64,000 nucleotides of DNA, taken from contig CAYQKW010000002.1 of assembly GCA_964418245.1 (NCBI GenBank), positions 9,415 through 73,414 of the forward strand. The letters run 5' to 3'. Of this stretch, positions 48,595 through 58,261 are shown piece after piece. The notes under the pieces were generated by a model that saw only the letters and a list, made by a program, of their open reading frames with translations, was not told the DNA's origin and ran no database searches. Position numbers and translations under genes: made by a program. Position 1 is the first letter of the stretch. Each line of letters begins with the position of its first letter. The DNA is from an uncultured Oscillospiraceae bacterium (GTDB lineage: Bacteria; Bacillota; Clostridia; RUG12999).

Positions 48595-49542
48595 TTACGC
48601 AAGCGGATGTTTTTTTACCGCATCTTTAATAGATTTGTTTTCGACGTGTGTATATATTTCGGTTGTATTTAAATTTTCGTGTCCGAGAATTTCCTGCAAT
48701 ATTCTTATATCGACATCTCCGTACATATAAAGAAGTGTTGCCGCGGTGTGCCGCAACTTGTGCGGTGAATATTTATTTGTATCAAGTCCCGCGGCTTTAA
48801 TATATTTTTTTACTATATTTTCAACCATTCTGCCGGAAATCCGCCTATTTTCACGGCTTAAAAACAACGCTCCCGGGTCTTTTACACCATCATGCGGACG
48901 CACCCGTAAATAATTGTTTATCGCCGAAATACAGCTTTTATTGAGATAAATTGTGCGTTCTTTATTACCTTTGCCAAGTATTCGTACAGTATCTTCTTTA
49001 ATATCTTTGATATTAATATTTGTCAGTTCAGAGAGCCGCATACCGCAGTTTAAAAATAACGTTATTATACAGTAGTCACGTTCAAAATTTTTACCGTTTA
49101 TGCATTCGAGCAATTTTTTTGACTCGGCGAGGGAAAGATATTTTGGAAGTGATTTTTTTATTTTCGGCGAATCAAGCTCTAATGCCGGATTTATCGTTAA
49201 AATTTCGGCTTTCTCGGTTAAATATCTAAAAAATGAACGCAGGCTTGAAACCTTTCGCGCACGTGTGGTTGCTGAATTTGCCATTTCCGTATTTATGAAT
49301 GACAAGTACTCGTACAGTACACTCAAATTAACCTTTTTAATCAAATCAACCGAAACATCGGATATGACAATATTTTTAAAATCGGTGTAATCGGCTTCGC
49401 GTGATTTCAAAAATTTAAAAAAAGTTCGCAGGTCATAATAATATTCACGTACCGTATTTTTTGATTTTCCTTTGATTACAAGCTGATAATTCAAAAAGTC
49501 TTTAAGAATTGGAGGGGAATCCGTAAAATCAAGTGTTTTCAT
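48595..49542 (-). CDS. Tyrosine site-specific recombinase (XerC/XerD family)
   Basis: 315 aa from ATG 49542 (GAGG SD). N-terminal SAM-like domain, catalytic HKLRHTAAT and LGHENLNTTEIYTHV. Confidence 0.85.
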   Translation of the reverse strand: MKTLDFTDSPPILKDFLNYQLVIKGKSKNTVREYYYDLRTFFKFLKSREADYTDFKNIVISDVSVDLIKKVNLSVLYEYLSFINTEMANSATTRARKVSSLRSFFRYLTEKAEILTINPALELDSPKIKKSLPKYLSLAESKKLLECINGKNFERDYCIITLFLNCGMRLSELTNINIKDIKEDTVRILGKGNKERTIYLNKSCISAINNYLRVRPHDGVKDPGALFLSRENRRISGRMVENIVKKYIKAAGLDTNKYSPHKLRHTAATLLYMYGDVDIRILQEILGHENLNTTEIYTHVENKSIKDAVKKHPLA

Positions 49543-49564
49543 GTTAACCTCGCAAAAATATCCC

Positions 49565-49594
49565 AATTTCGCAAAATTAATATTTTGCGAAATT
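49565..49594. repeat. Perfect 13-4-13 palindrome in the recombinase leader
   Basis: aatttcgcaaaat-taat-attttgcgaaatt; lies between the promoter -10 (49609-49614) and the SD/ATG (49542). Confidence 0.9.
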
Positions 49595-49608
49595 GATTTT
49601 CTGCTTTT

Positions 49609-49637
49609 ATTATATCACAAATTGATTATCCTGTCAA
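49609..49637 (-). promoter_or_regulatory. Candidate consensus sigma-A promoter for the recombinase
   Basis: Reverse strand TTGACA(49637-49632)-N17-TATAAT(49614-49609) with TGA extended -10. Confidence 0.6.
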
Positions 49638-49673
49638 GCCCTTAATAATAAAATCCGAAAAAAGTTTAAAATT

Positions 49674-49712
49674 TTCCGCACCGAAAGCCTGATATAAACT
49701 TTAGGTGCGGAA
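49674..49712 (-). terminator. Terminator of the sulP...SGNH operon
   Basis: ttccgcacc / ggtgcggaa 9-bp stem, 21-nt loop, 22 nt past the stop at 49735. Confidence 0.55.
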
Positions 49713-49734
49713 AAATCAAAGGAATGTCATCAAA

Positions 49735-50370
49735 CTACTTTATATACTTATTAAATGCGTCAATCCATGCAGCGGCTATAAGTTTGTGTCCTGCCGGTGT
49801 CGGGTGAACTCCGTCTGCAAGCCAATATGATGCATCATTCGTGTTTTTTTCTGCCGCATCAAATTTTTCCTGCAAAGGAACGAATATAAGATTATATTCT
49901 TCGGCAACACGCTTTGCCGCCGCGGCACGTAATTCAACCTCGGTTCTAAATTCATCCCATTTTTCTTCTGTTGCCGAAGCTTTAAGAACGAATGGTTCAA
50001 GTATCATCATTTTCATATTCGGAAATCTTTTGAGTGTTTCCTCGGCAATGGTACGATACATATTTTCATATCTTTCTGTGTCAACACCGTTTTGTGCGGC
50101 AAGTTCATGCCAAACATCATTAACGCCGATTAATATGCTGAATACATCCGGTTCCAAATTCCATACATCTGTTTTTATTCTTGCATACAAATCAACGATT
50201 CTGTTGCCGCTTATGCCTCGGTTTACAAATTCATATTCCTTGGGATATTTGCAACCGAGTTCTGCACACACAAGCATTGCATATCCCTGACCTATTGAAA
50301 TCATGCTTCCTCTTTCTTCGTTTCTTCCGCAATCCGTTATTGAATCTCCCTGAAATAAAATTTTTTTCAT
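49735..50370 (-). CDS. SGNH/GDSL-family esterase
   Basis: 211 aa; ILFQGDSITDCGR, GISGNR, IGVNDVWH, DGVHPTPAGH blocks. Confidence 0.8.
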   Translation of the reverse strand: MKKILFQGDSITDCGRNEERGSMISIGQGYAMLVCAELGCKYPKEYEFVNRGISGNRIVDLYARIKTDVWNLEPDVFSILIGVNDVWHELAAQNGVDTERYENMYRTIAEETLKRFPNMKMMILEPFVLKASATEEKWDEFRTEVELRAAAAKRVAEEYNLIFVPLQEKFDAAEKNTNDASYWLADGVHPTPAGHKLIAAAWIDAFNKYIK

Positions 50371-50392
50371 TTGTAATTATCTCCTTTTTATT

Positions 50393-51502
50393 TTATATGG
50401 CAATGCGTTCCGCATTTTTTACAATTGCTCGATAAAGTGCATCCGCCCATTTTGCACAGCCATCGGCATTCGGATGTCCGCCGTATTTTGCCGAATACGG
50501 ATTTGCATCGCTCTCCCCCAGTATCGGTACGTTATCAAATACAAAATCCGAATACTTCGACAAATCCTCTTTAATATATCGGTTTATATTTTCCCATTTT
50601 TCTATATCAGTGCCTGCATAGTCAAACGGCGGTACGGTTTGCAGCACAACTTTTATTCCGCTTTCTTTTAATATTGATACAATTGTTTTTAAATTATTCT
50701 TTATTTGTTCGGCAGAAAACCCCTGCAAAATATCGTTTACACCGAAACATACAAACACAACATCGTTTTGCTTTGCCTTATAAAGCCAGGCTCCGTTGCT
50801 TGCGGCATCATCCGCCCTGCCGTAACCCAGCCCCAAGTTCCAATAAGCATATTTGCTTCCAAGTTTTTCGGCAAGTTTCGCATTCCAATGTTCATATGAA
50901 TTTACGGGCGTTCCTATTCCCTGTGTAATCGAATCGCCCAGAAAAGCAATTTTCTTGTTCGCCTTTGCATCACAGCCTATCATACCGGGAAACGGAAGTT
51001 TTTTCGAGGGAATCCATGTGTTGTCTTTGTATACAAAAGTCGGCACTATGCTTTCCTCGTGATACGGAATCATTTTTCCGTTAAAACTTATCTCAATACA
51101 TATATATCCGTTTTCCGAAACGTCAAGTTCAATTTCATCAGTTGCGAAAAATTCGCCCGGCATAACTTCCTTTTCGCTTTTTCCGCCGAACGTAACGGGA
51201 TAAAACTCCGAAGGTTCATCCGCTTCATTTTCTCCGCAGCTGCCGCATACACCAACTCTCATGCCGTTTATATGCCAACTGTCGCATACACGATTTTTTT
51301 GACTTACCGTTCCGTCCGCGTATGTACTGTCAACAATATTCGAGAACAAAAACGAATATTTATGTTTTCCGTACGAAAATATCTTATAATAAAGTCTGCC
51401 GATATTTATTTTTTCCGAATCATCGGTTGTAAAAAAATATTGATTGCCGCTCCCGGCAAGAGTATTTGATGAATATTTCTCAAAAAAATCCATAATTTTC
51501 AC
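50393..51502 (-). CDS. SGNH/GDSL-family esterase with about 170-aa N-terminal beta-rich domain
   Basis: 369 aa; IAFLGDSITQG, FGVNDI, GGHPNADG blocks. Confidence 0.8.
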   Translation of the reverse strand: MKIMDFFEKYSSNTLAGSGNQYFFTTDDSEKINIGRLYYKIFSYGKHKYSFLFSNIVDSTYADGTVSQKNRVCDSWHINGMRVGVCGSCGENEADEPSEFYPVTFGGKSEKEVMPGEFFATDEIELDVSENGYICIEISFNGKMIPYHEESIVPTFVYKDNTWIPSKKLPFPGMIGCDAKANKKIAFLGDSITQGIGTPVNSYEHWNAKLAEKLGSKYAYWNLGLGYGRADDAASNGAWLYKAKQNDVVFVCFGVNDILQGFSAEQIKNNLKTIVSILKESGIKVVLQTVPPFDYAGTDIEKWENINRYIKEDLSKYSDFVFDNVPILGESDANPYSAKYGGHPNADGCAKWADALYRAIVKNAERIAI

Positions 51503-51506
51503 TTCT

Positions 51507-52178
51507 TTACATATTGGAAGATATTTTACATTCGTAATCTATTAGGTCGATTATCGTTTCTTCTTCGATTTTCCCCGGTATTTCAATCACAAAAATATAT
51601 TTACGCATTTTTGTTTCGTTATCTTTTTCTATATATACTTCATGAACGTTTATTCCGATACTTTCAAGTAATTCGGTTATTTTTTTCTGGAAATTTTCCG
51701 TTTTAACGTTTTTTATTGTCAGTTTGCGAGATTTTGGCATTTTAAGCCAGTTGAAATTCAAATGAAACAGTATTTGCACCAGTATTATTATAGCCGTTGC
51801 GGCAATTCCGATAACATACATTCCGGCACCGATTGCCATGCCCACGCCTGATGTTGCCCATATGCCGGCAGCTGTTGTTAAGCCTGTTACGGTATTTTTA
51901 TGCACAAATATCATTCCGGCACCCAAAAAACCTATTCCGCTGACAACCTGTGCGGCAATCCTTGCACCGTCGGCACCTCTCATTCCGTTTGCACCCACAA
52001 CCGTGTCGGAAAATCCGTATTTTGAAATAATCATCATTAATGCCGCCGCACACGCAACCACACAATGCGTTCTTATTCCGGCTTCTTTTGCCCTGTTTTT
52101 TCTTTCAAGACCTATTAAAAATCCGCATATACTTGCGACTATCATACGTATTATATACAGCAATTCAACGCAATCCAT
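51507..52178 (-). CDS. MgtC/SapB-family membrane protein
   Basis: 223 aa; GLERKNRAKEAGIRTH motif, 4-5 TM, soluble C-terminal domain. Confidence 0.85.
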   Translation of the reverse strand: MDCVELLYIIRMIVASICGFLIGLERKNRAKEAGIRTHCVVACAAALMMIISKYGFSDTVVGANGMRGADGARIAAQVVSGIGFLGAGMIFVHKNTVTGLTTAAGIWATSGVGMAIGAGMYVIGIAATAIIILVQILFHLNFNWLKMPKSRKLTIKNVKTENFQKKITELLESIGINVHEVYIEKDNETKMRKYIFVIEIPGKIEEETIIDLIDYECKISSNM

Positions 52179-52199
52179 TTATATATTCCCTTTCCGATT

Positions 52200-53660
52200 T
52201 CAACGTATGTTGCGTTTTGAAATCTCCTCATAATATTTCTTTTTATTTTTTAACATTTCTTCGTCCGCCTCTCGAACAACTCGTTCAAGTCCGGTTTCGT
52301 TTTTGCGGAACGACAGTCCGAACGATATGCTACAATCAACTTTTTCCAGTTCATCGATTACTTGTTTTATAAGCATTTCGCATTCTTCTTTCTCGATTTT
52401 TTCGAGTAACACGACAAACTCATCGCCGCCGATACGATACAAATTATCGTCCGAAAAATATTTCTTCAAACATTTGGCGGCAGTAACAAGCAATTTATCT
52501 CCGGCATCGTGTCCGGAAAAATTGTTCATTTCGTGCAAACCGTTTATATCAGTATAAATGCATACGGCAGTATTAAATTTTTTATTTTTTGTTTCCGCTA
52601 TGTAATTTTCATACGCACTGCGGTTTTTCAATCCTGTTACCATGTCAGTAATGCTCATGCGGTATACCATACGATATGAACTGTGCAGTTCCGAAATGAT
52701 AAACACCATATAAAAAAGCAAAATCAAGCTTATTATTATCGCCATTATATAAAGTGTGTTACTGACAGCCCTCGTTCCGGCAAGTGCGGTATCTTCCCTA
52801 ACTCCGAGTGTCAAACTCCAATTATTCACTCCAACCGGCTCATAATGCATATATATTGTTCGTCCAACGGTTTTGGATATAAAAGCCATATCACCGTTTT
52901 TACCGTTTCGCATATTGTTTGCCGTTTCTTTGAAAGTGTGCCCCATCAGCGTTTCTCGGTCATTCCATTCATATAAATTGCCGAGAGTATCATGCCAGGT
53001 ATCAAGCAGAACTTCACCGTTATCGGCATCTATAAGAATTATAAACGAATTTCCGCCGTATATTGAAGCCGCATAATTTTCCGATACATATTCCAACGGC
53101 ACTATACCGCAAAGTATGGCTTCTGTTTTTGAGTTTTTTACAACAGGAACCATATTATACAACACAAGTTCATCCGGATTTAAGGCATTGTATCTTCGTT
53201 TTGATACGCGATTTACATTTTTCAACTCCTCAATAAAATCAATTTTCCCGGACGCATCCACTATTTCTCCGTTTTGTCTTATGAACATATTATCCGGAGT
53301 AAGCAATACCACCTCTGATATATACGAATTTTCGGTATCGTAAAAATTCATAATTTTTGCAATATTCTCTGTATCGGTTAAAGACTGTTCCGAAATTAAT
53401 TTTGCCATTGCTCCGAGTATAATATTATCGGTATGAACATTTTCACTGCACTCTTCCGCCAGCCGCTTCGTTGTTGCTTCAAGTTCGTCAAAAGAATATT
53501 GTGTCATTTTGGCATTTGCTTTGTTAATACATAAAAATACCGACAGCACAAGCAAAAGAGCAATAACAACCGTGCATACAATCATATTGAAATTTTTGTT
53601 TTTTTCCAATGTAACCGCCTCTTTTTCAAACAATTTACCAATCTGTATTTTTAAATGCAC
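52200..53660 (-). CDS. Membrane diguanylate cyclase (periplasmic Cache-like sensor + GGDEF)
   Basis: Two TM segments flank a ~240-aa extracytoplasmic domain. Active-site RIGGDEFVV; no RxxD I-site 5 residues upstream. Start uncertain (GTG 53660 or TTG 53609 behind AGAGG). Confidence 0.88.
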   Translation of the reverse strand: MHLKIQIGKLFEKEAVTLEKNKNFNMIVCTVVIALLLVLSVFLCINKANAKMTQYSFDELEATTKRLAEECSENVHTDNIILGAMAKLISEQSLTDTENIAKIMNFYDTENSYISEVVLLTPDNMFIRQNGEIVDASGKIDFIEELKNVNRVSKRRYNALNPDELVLYNMVPVVKNSKTEAILCGIVPLEYVSENYAASIYGGNSFIILIDADNGEVLLDTWHDTLGNLYEWNDRETLMGHTFKETANNMRNGKNGDMAFISKTVGRTIYMHYEPVGVNNWSLTLGVREDTALAGTRAVSNTLYIMAIIISLILLFYMVFIISELHSSYRMVYRMSITDMVTGLKNRSAYENYIAETKNKKFNTAVCIYTDINGLHEMNNFSGHDAGDKLLVTAAKCLKKYFSDDNLYRIGGDEFVVLLEKIEKEECEMLIKQVIDELEKVDCSISFGLSFRKNETGLERVVREADEEMLKNKKKYYEEISKRNIR

Positions 53661-55285
53661 TTTTTCGCCGTTTCCATTGCCGAATTTATATCCGAGCAGA
53701 AGTTTTCTTCACCTATAAGGTCATAAAGTCCGGATTTTTTCATTGCTTTTTCCGGCTGCGGATTGACATGCGACATAATAATCGTTGTACCTTTTTCTTT
53801 GCATTTTTTAATCAGTTCTTCAAATCCTCTCAGTGCATCGGTATCCAACGACATAACCGAACGCATACGTAATATTATGCAGGTGATTCCCGGTTTTATT
53901 ACAATATCCGAAATTTGATTTGCAACGGCAAAAAACATCGGACCGTTAAATTCAAAAACGCTTACGTGCGACGGCACGTTCATAAGCGGCTTATCATTAT
54001 CATCGGTTTCGGAATATTTCCATCTTTCGATTCCGGATTCTTCGCTCATACGTTTCATAAACAATATACATGCGGCAATAACACCGAATTCAATCGCAAC
54101 GACAAGGTCGAAAATAACCGTAAGCAAAAACGTTGACACAAGAACGATAATATCACTTTTCGGCGATGTTTTCAACAGATTTACAAATGTTTTCCAACCG
54201 CACATATTATATGCAACGTTTATAAGGATTGCCGCAATTGCCGGCATAGGAATGAATGCGGCATATTTCATAAGTGCCGCAAGCACAGCAAAAAGTGTAA
54301 TCGAATGTACTATTCCGGCTATAGGCGTTCTGCCGCCGTTTTTTATATTTGCGGCTGTACGCGCAATAGCCCCGGTTGCCGGTATGCCGCCGAAAAGTGC
54401 CGAACATATGTTAGCCGCACCCTGTGCGATAAGTTCTGTATTCGGGCGATGTTTTCCGTTTATCATACCGTCCGCAACAACACAGGAAAGCAAAGATTCA
54501 ATCCCCGCAAGCACAGCAATTGTAACGGCATCCGGAATAACATCAGAAACAAGCGAAAAAGATATTTTCGGCATTGTGAAGTGCATTAATCCGCCGCTTA
54601 CGTTATATAAATCGCCTATTGTATTTACGTTCATACCCAATCCTTTCACCATAACCGTGCCGACAACAACGGCAATGAGCGATGCCGGGATTTTATCGAA
54701 AAACTTCGGCATTATAAAAAGTATTGCAAGACATACAGCACCGACAATTAACGCTTCAACGTTTACCGTATTGATATTCGCAAAAAACGCACCTAACTTT
54801 TCAAGAGTTTCAATCGGAGCTTCGCCGTTCATATATGTAACGCCGGTAAAATCTTTAAACTGACCGATTACAAGTGTCATTGCGATACCAGCCGTGAAAC
54901 CGGTGGTTATTGAAAACGGAATAAATTTAATTAAGTTCCCGAGCTTGAATATACCCATCAAAACGAGGAATATACCGGCAAGCACAGTCGCAATCACAAG
55001 CCCATCCATACCTTTTTCGGCAACAATTCCGGCAACAATGGTTGCAAATGCCGCCGTGGGACCGGCAATCTGAACACTGCTACCGCCCAAAAGCGATGTA
55101 ATAAACCCGGCAATTACAGCGGTATAAATCCCGGCTTCCGGAGCGACACCGGATGCTATTGCGAGCGCAATTGAAAGCGGAAGTGCAATAACCGCAACGA
55201 TTATACCTGCAATTATATCTTTTGAAAGCTGTTTTGTCGTGTAGTTTTTCAAATCCGTTAAAATCATCGGTTTAAATATATTCAT
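53651..55285 (-). CDS. SulP-family anion transporter with STAS domain
   Basis: 544 aa; multi-TM core, C-terminal STAS (VSVFEFNGPMFFAVANQ...ILRMRSVMSLDTDAL). Confidence 0.92.
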   Translation of the reverse strand: MNIFKPMILTDLKNYTTKQLSKDIIAGIIVAVIALPLSIALAIASGVAPEAGIYTAVIAGFITSLLGGSSVQIAGPTAAFATIVAGIVAEKGMDGLVIATVLAGIFLVLMGIFKLGNLIKFIPFSITTGFTAGIAMTLVIGQFKDFTGVTYMNGEAPIETLEKLGAFFANINTVNVEALIVGAVCLAILFIMPKFFDKIPASLIAVVVGTVMVKGLGMNVNTIGDLYNVSGGLMHFTMPKISFSLVSDVIPDAVTIAVLAGIESLLSCVVADGMINGKHRPNTELIAQGAANICSALFGGIPATGAIARTAANIKNGGRTPIAGIVHSITLFAVLAALMKYAAFIPMPAIAAILINVAYNMCGWKTFVNLLKTSPKSDIIVLVSTFLLTVIFDLVVAIEFGVIAACILFMKRMSEESGIERWKYSETDDNDKPLMNVPSHVSVFEFNGPMFFAVANQISDIVIKPGITCIILRMRSVMSLDTDALRGFEELIKKCKEKGTTIIMSHVNPQPEKAMKKSGLYDLIGEENFCSDINSAMETAKKCI

Positions 55286-55398
55286 TGTTGTCTCCTTGTT
55301 CCGAAATCCATTATCGGGTAATTATATTTTATTCCGATTTTTTGAAAATTTTCATATTGTATTTATATTATGGAAAAAATCAGAATACACTCAATGTA

Positions 55399-55428
55399 TA
55401 TTATAGTATATTTTTTGATAATTGTCAA
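55399..55428 (-). promoter_or_regulatory. Candidate sigma-A promoter for sulP operon
   Basis: Reverse strand TTGACA(55428-55423)-N18-TATAAT(55404-55399). Confidence 0.5.
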
Positions 55429-55431
55429 GAC

Positions 55432-56061
55432 TTAATTGAAATTACCGTGATAAAATCCGTTGGGAGTATCTCCCACAATCACAATTTTGGCAATCGGTAT
55501 TGTGTGTATCACTTTTTGCATCGTCCCTGCCGGAAAAACATTTATGCGAATTTCCGCACAAATCTCCAGATTAACAGTCAACATTGTTTGGTTTATACCT
55601 GCTGAAACAAAACTTTCTTTAAATTTCGGTTCCACCATTGTTATCGGCGTAAATTCTATCGGTATTTTTATTCCTTTATCCGACAATACATTATATCCGA
55701 GCAAATTCACAAACGAAACACGAAAATGTGTTTTTCGTTTCTGTTTCAGTTCTTTTGTCATTATTTCGGCAATGTCCGTTTGAAGCAAATTAAGTTTTTG
55801 TACATTGGTATCCACTGCCGAAACCGTGCCGTCGGAATTTTTTTCTTTAATAAGCATAGCATTATAAAGTTCGCCGGCTTTGATTATATGTTCCAATGCA
55901 CAAGTATTCATTATTTTCGTTGTTTTTTGGACGGCGACCGTTTTCGCAACGGAATTTATCACCTTAACGGAATGTACGAAAAAAGCGAAAATCAACACAG
56001 TCAAAACCGATATTAAAAAAATCGATTTTGCTTTGCTTCTGTGCGTTCCGTATAACCGCAT
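55432..56061 (-). CDS. yunB: Sporulation protein YunB-like
   Basis: 209 aa; N-terminal TM. GIKIPIEF...GINQTML...IHTIPIAKIVIVGDTPNGFY matches the recalled YunB C-terminal pattern. Confidence 0.65.
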   Translation of the reverse strand: MRLYGTHRSKAKSIFLISVLTVLIFAFFVHSVKVINSVAKTVAVQKTTKIMNTCALEHIIKAGELYNAMLIKEKNSDGTVSAVDTNVQKLNLLQTDIAEIMTKELKQKRKTHFRVSFVNLLGYNVLSDKGIKIPIEFTPITMVEPKFKESFVSAGINQTMLTVNLEICAEIRINVFPAGTMQKVIHTIPIAKIVIVGDTPNGFYHGNFN

Positions 56062-56283
56062 AAATTTTTCATAGCCTTTCTGCCCACAAAATTTTATCCG
56101 CTCTTATCCGTGGGCCGACAGGGCGTTAAAACCTTAATCTTATTATTCTCCGACTATATTATATGCGATGTTTCCGCATAAGTACAACAGGCTGCCGCAA
56201 AATATGCATTCCTGTTCATCCGCAAGCCAAATTTTCCGCATTCGTATTCCCGATATTTATTAATACAACTGCTTGTAAAAAAA

Positions 56284-56317
56284 GTGTCCGCAAAAAACAC
56301 ATGTTTTTTACGAACAC
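56284..56317 (-). terminator. Terminator of fucI
   Basis: gtgtccgcaaaaaaca / tgttttttacgaacac, 16-bp arms with two G-U positions, flanked by A7 and T4 runs, 17 nt past the stop. Confidence 0.6.
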
Positions 56318-56333
56318 TTTTAAAATTTAATAA

Positions 56334-58136
56334 TTATCTTATGTTTTTATACATAGGACCATATGCTTGGCAAGCTCTGAAATCCTGTCCCTCTTTATCC
56401 ATACCGAATGCATTCCATGCTGACGGTCTGAAGATTTTTTCTTCGGGAACGTTATGCATACATACCGGTATTCTGAGCATTGAACAAAGTGTGATAAGGT
56501 CTGCACCTATATGACCGTAACTTATCGCACCGTGGTTTGCACCCCAGTTGTTCATAACGTCATATGCCGATTTGAATGCGCCTTCACCTGTTGTTCTCGG
56601 AGCGAACCACGTGCAAGGCCATGTGTAGTCTGTACGTTTCCAGAGTGTATCAGAAACTTCGTCAGGCAGATTTATTGTGTAACCCTCTGCAATCTGAATA
56701 ACAGGTCCCAAACCTTTTACAAGATTAAGACGAATCATTGTTGCCGGCATTTCGCTTCTTGTTAAGAATCTTGATGAGAACCCGCCGCCTCTGAAATATC
56801 CTTTGTCTGCCGCATTCCATGTTGTGGCTTTAAGGCATGCCTGCATATCGTCTTCCGTCATTTCCCAGAACGGTTTTATTATGCCGTTGCCGTTTTCGTC
56901 TTTAACTTCGCCGCAAGCATCTATACAAGCAGCACCCGAGTTAATGAGATGTATAAATCCGCCGGCTTCTTTTGCTTTGCCTTCAATTTCGTAGCCCGTA
57001 GCTTTTTTAACCGCTTCCGGACTCCAGTATGTTCTTACGTCAGCAAAGATTTGTGCAGTACCCGTAAGAAGTTTTCCGAACAGCATACCTATTCCGTTAA
57101 GAACATCGTTTTCCGTTGCAAGAATATAAGGTTCTCTTGCTCCGTTCCAGTCGAAAGAAGAGTTGAGCATGGATTCCGGAAAATCGCAGTTCGGATAGAA
57201 GTCTGTCCACTGGCGCTGACCCTGGAAACCTCCGCATATTGCGTTGTGACCAACCATCTCTTCTTCGTTACCCTCGGGAAGATTTTTATTGCCGTTGTAA
57301 AGGTCTTTTATGATACACATCATTTTTACGACAAATTCCCAAGATTCCTCTTTTTTCTCGTCGGATTCACGAATAAATTCGGGGTTTTTGTCAAAACCTT
57401 CGGGACAATTTTTCTTTGTCCACGCAAGTGCTTTTTCATATTCTTCGTGGTCGTATATACCCTCTGTCATACGTCTGATGATTTCCACTTCGTCAACGGA
57501 TTCAACACGCATACCGAGGTATTCTTCAATAAATTCGGGGCTGATTATAGAACCGCCGATACCCATTGTTATGCTGCCTATCTGCAAATATGATTTGCCT
57601 CTCATTGTTGCAACCGCAACGGCCGCTCTTGCAAAACGCAAAATCTTTTCCTGAACATCTTCGGGAATTTCTGTGCTGTCCGCATCCTGAACATCATGAC
57701 CGTATATACCGAATGCCGGAAGTCCTTTCTGTGCATGAGATGCAAGAACCGATGCAAGATAAACCGCACCCGGGCGTTCTGTTCCGTTAAATCCCCATAC
57801 ACCTTTTATTGTCATCGGGTCCATATCCATGGTTTCCGAACCGTAACACCAGCAAGGTGTAACCGTAAGAGTTATATCAACTCCCGCTTTTTTGAATTTA
57901 TCGGCACATGCCGCAGCTTCAGCAACACGACCTATTGTTGTATCCGCAATAATAACCTTAACAGGTTCTCCGTTGGAATATCTAACATTTTTTGAAATGA
58001 GTTCGGCTGCCGATTTTGCCATATTCATTGTTTGATTTTCAAGTGATTCTCGAACTTTTAAAGCTCCTCTTCTTCCGTCTATTGTCGGACGGATACCTAT
58101 AACCGGATAATCGCCGATTAATCTGTTTTCTGCCAT
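56334..58136 (-). CDS. fucI: L-fucose isomerase
   Basis: 600 aa from ATG 58136 ([23 protein letters not shown]..., GAAAGG SD 8 nt upstream); full-length FucI architecture. The 73 upstream codons of the ORF overlap the divergent promoter region. Confidence 0.92.
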   Translation of the reverse strand: MAENRLIGDYPVIGIRPTIDGRRGALKVRESLENQTMNMAKSAAELISKNVRYSNGEPVKVIIADTTIGRVAEAAACADKFKKAGVDITLTVTPCWCYGSETMDMDPMTIKGVWGFNGTERPGAVYLASVLASHAQKGLPAFGIYGHDVQDADSTEIPEDVQEKILRFARAAVAVATMRGKSYLQIGSITMGIGGSIISPEFIEEYLGMRVESVDEVEIIRRMTEGIYDHEEYEKALAWTKKNCPEGFDKNPEFIRESDEKKEESWEFVVKMMCIIKDLYNGNKNLPEGNEEEMVGHNAICGGFQGQRQWTDFYPNCDFPESMLNSSFDWNGAREPYILATENDVLNGIGMLFGKLLTGTAQIFADVRTYWSPEAVKKATGYEIEGKAKEAGGFIHLINSGAACIDACGEVKDENGNGIIKPFWEMTEDDMQACLKATTWNAADKGYFRGGGFSSRFLTRSEMPATMIRLNLVKGLGPVIQIAEGYTINLPDEVSDTLWKRTDYTWPCTWFAPRTTGEGAFKSAYDVMNNWGANHGAISYGHIGADLITLCSMLRIPVCMHNVPEEKIFRPSAWNAFGMDKEGQDFRACQAYGPMYKNIR

Positions 58137-58261
58137 TTTTATCATCCTTTCATTTGAATTGAACCAAAAATTTGTCCTAATATAATTATATACTTGATTT
58201 TTGTATATTACTTGTGTTATAATAGATATAAGTATAATAATATTCACATTTGGAGGAAAAT

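Noticed and set aside
48570-48600. Possible dif-like Xer site near the recombinase 3' end (tattttatgtaatattgatataatt)
   Set aside because: It has only superficial AT-rich resemblance to the Firmicute dif consensus, with no two-arm structure around a 6-nt core.
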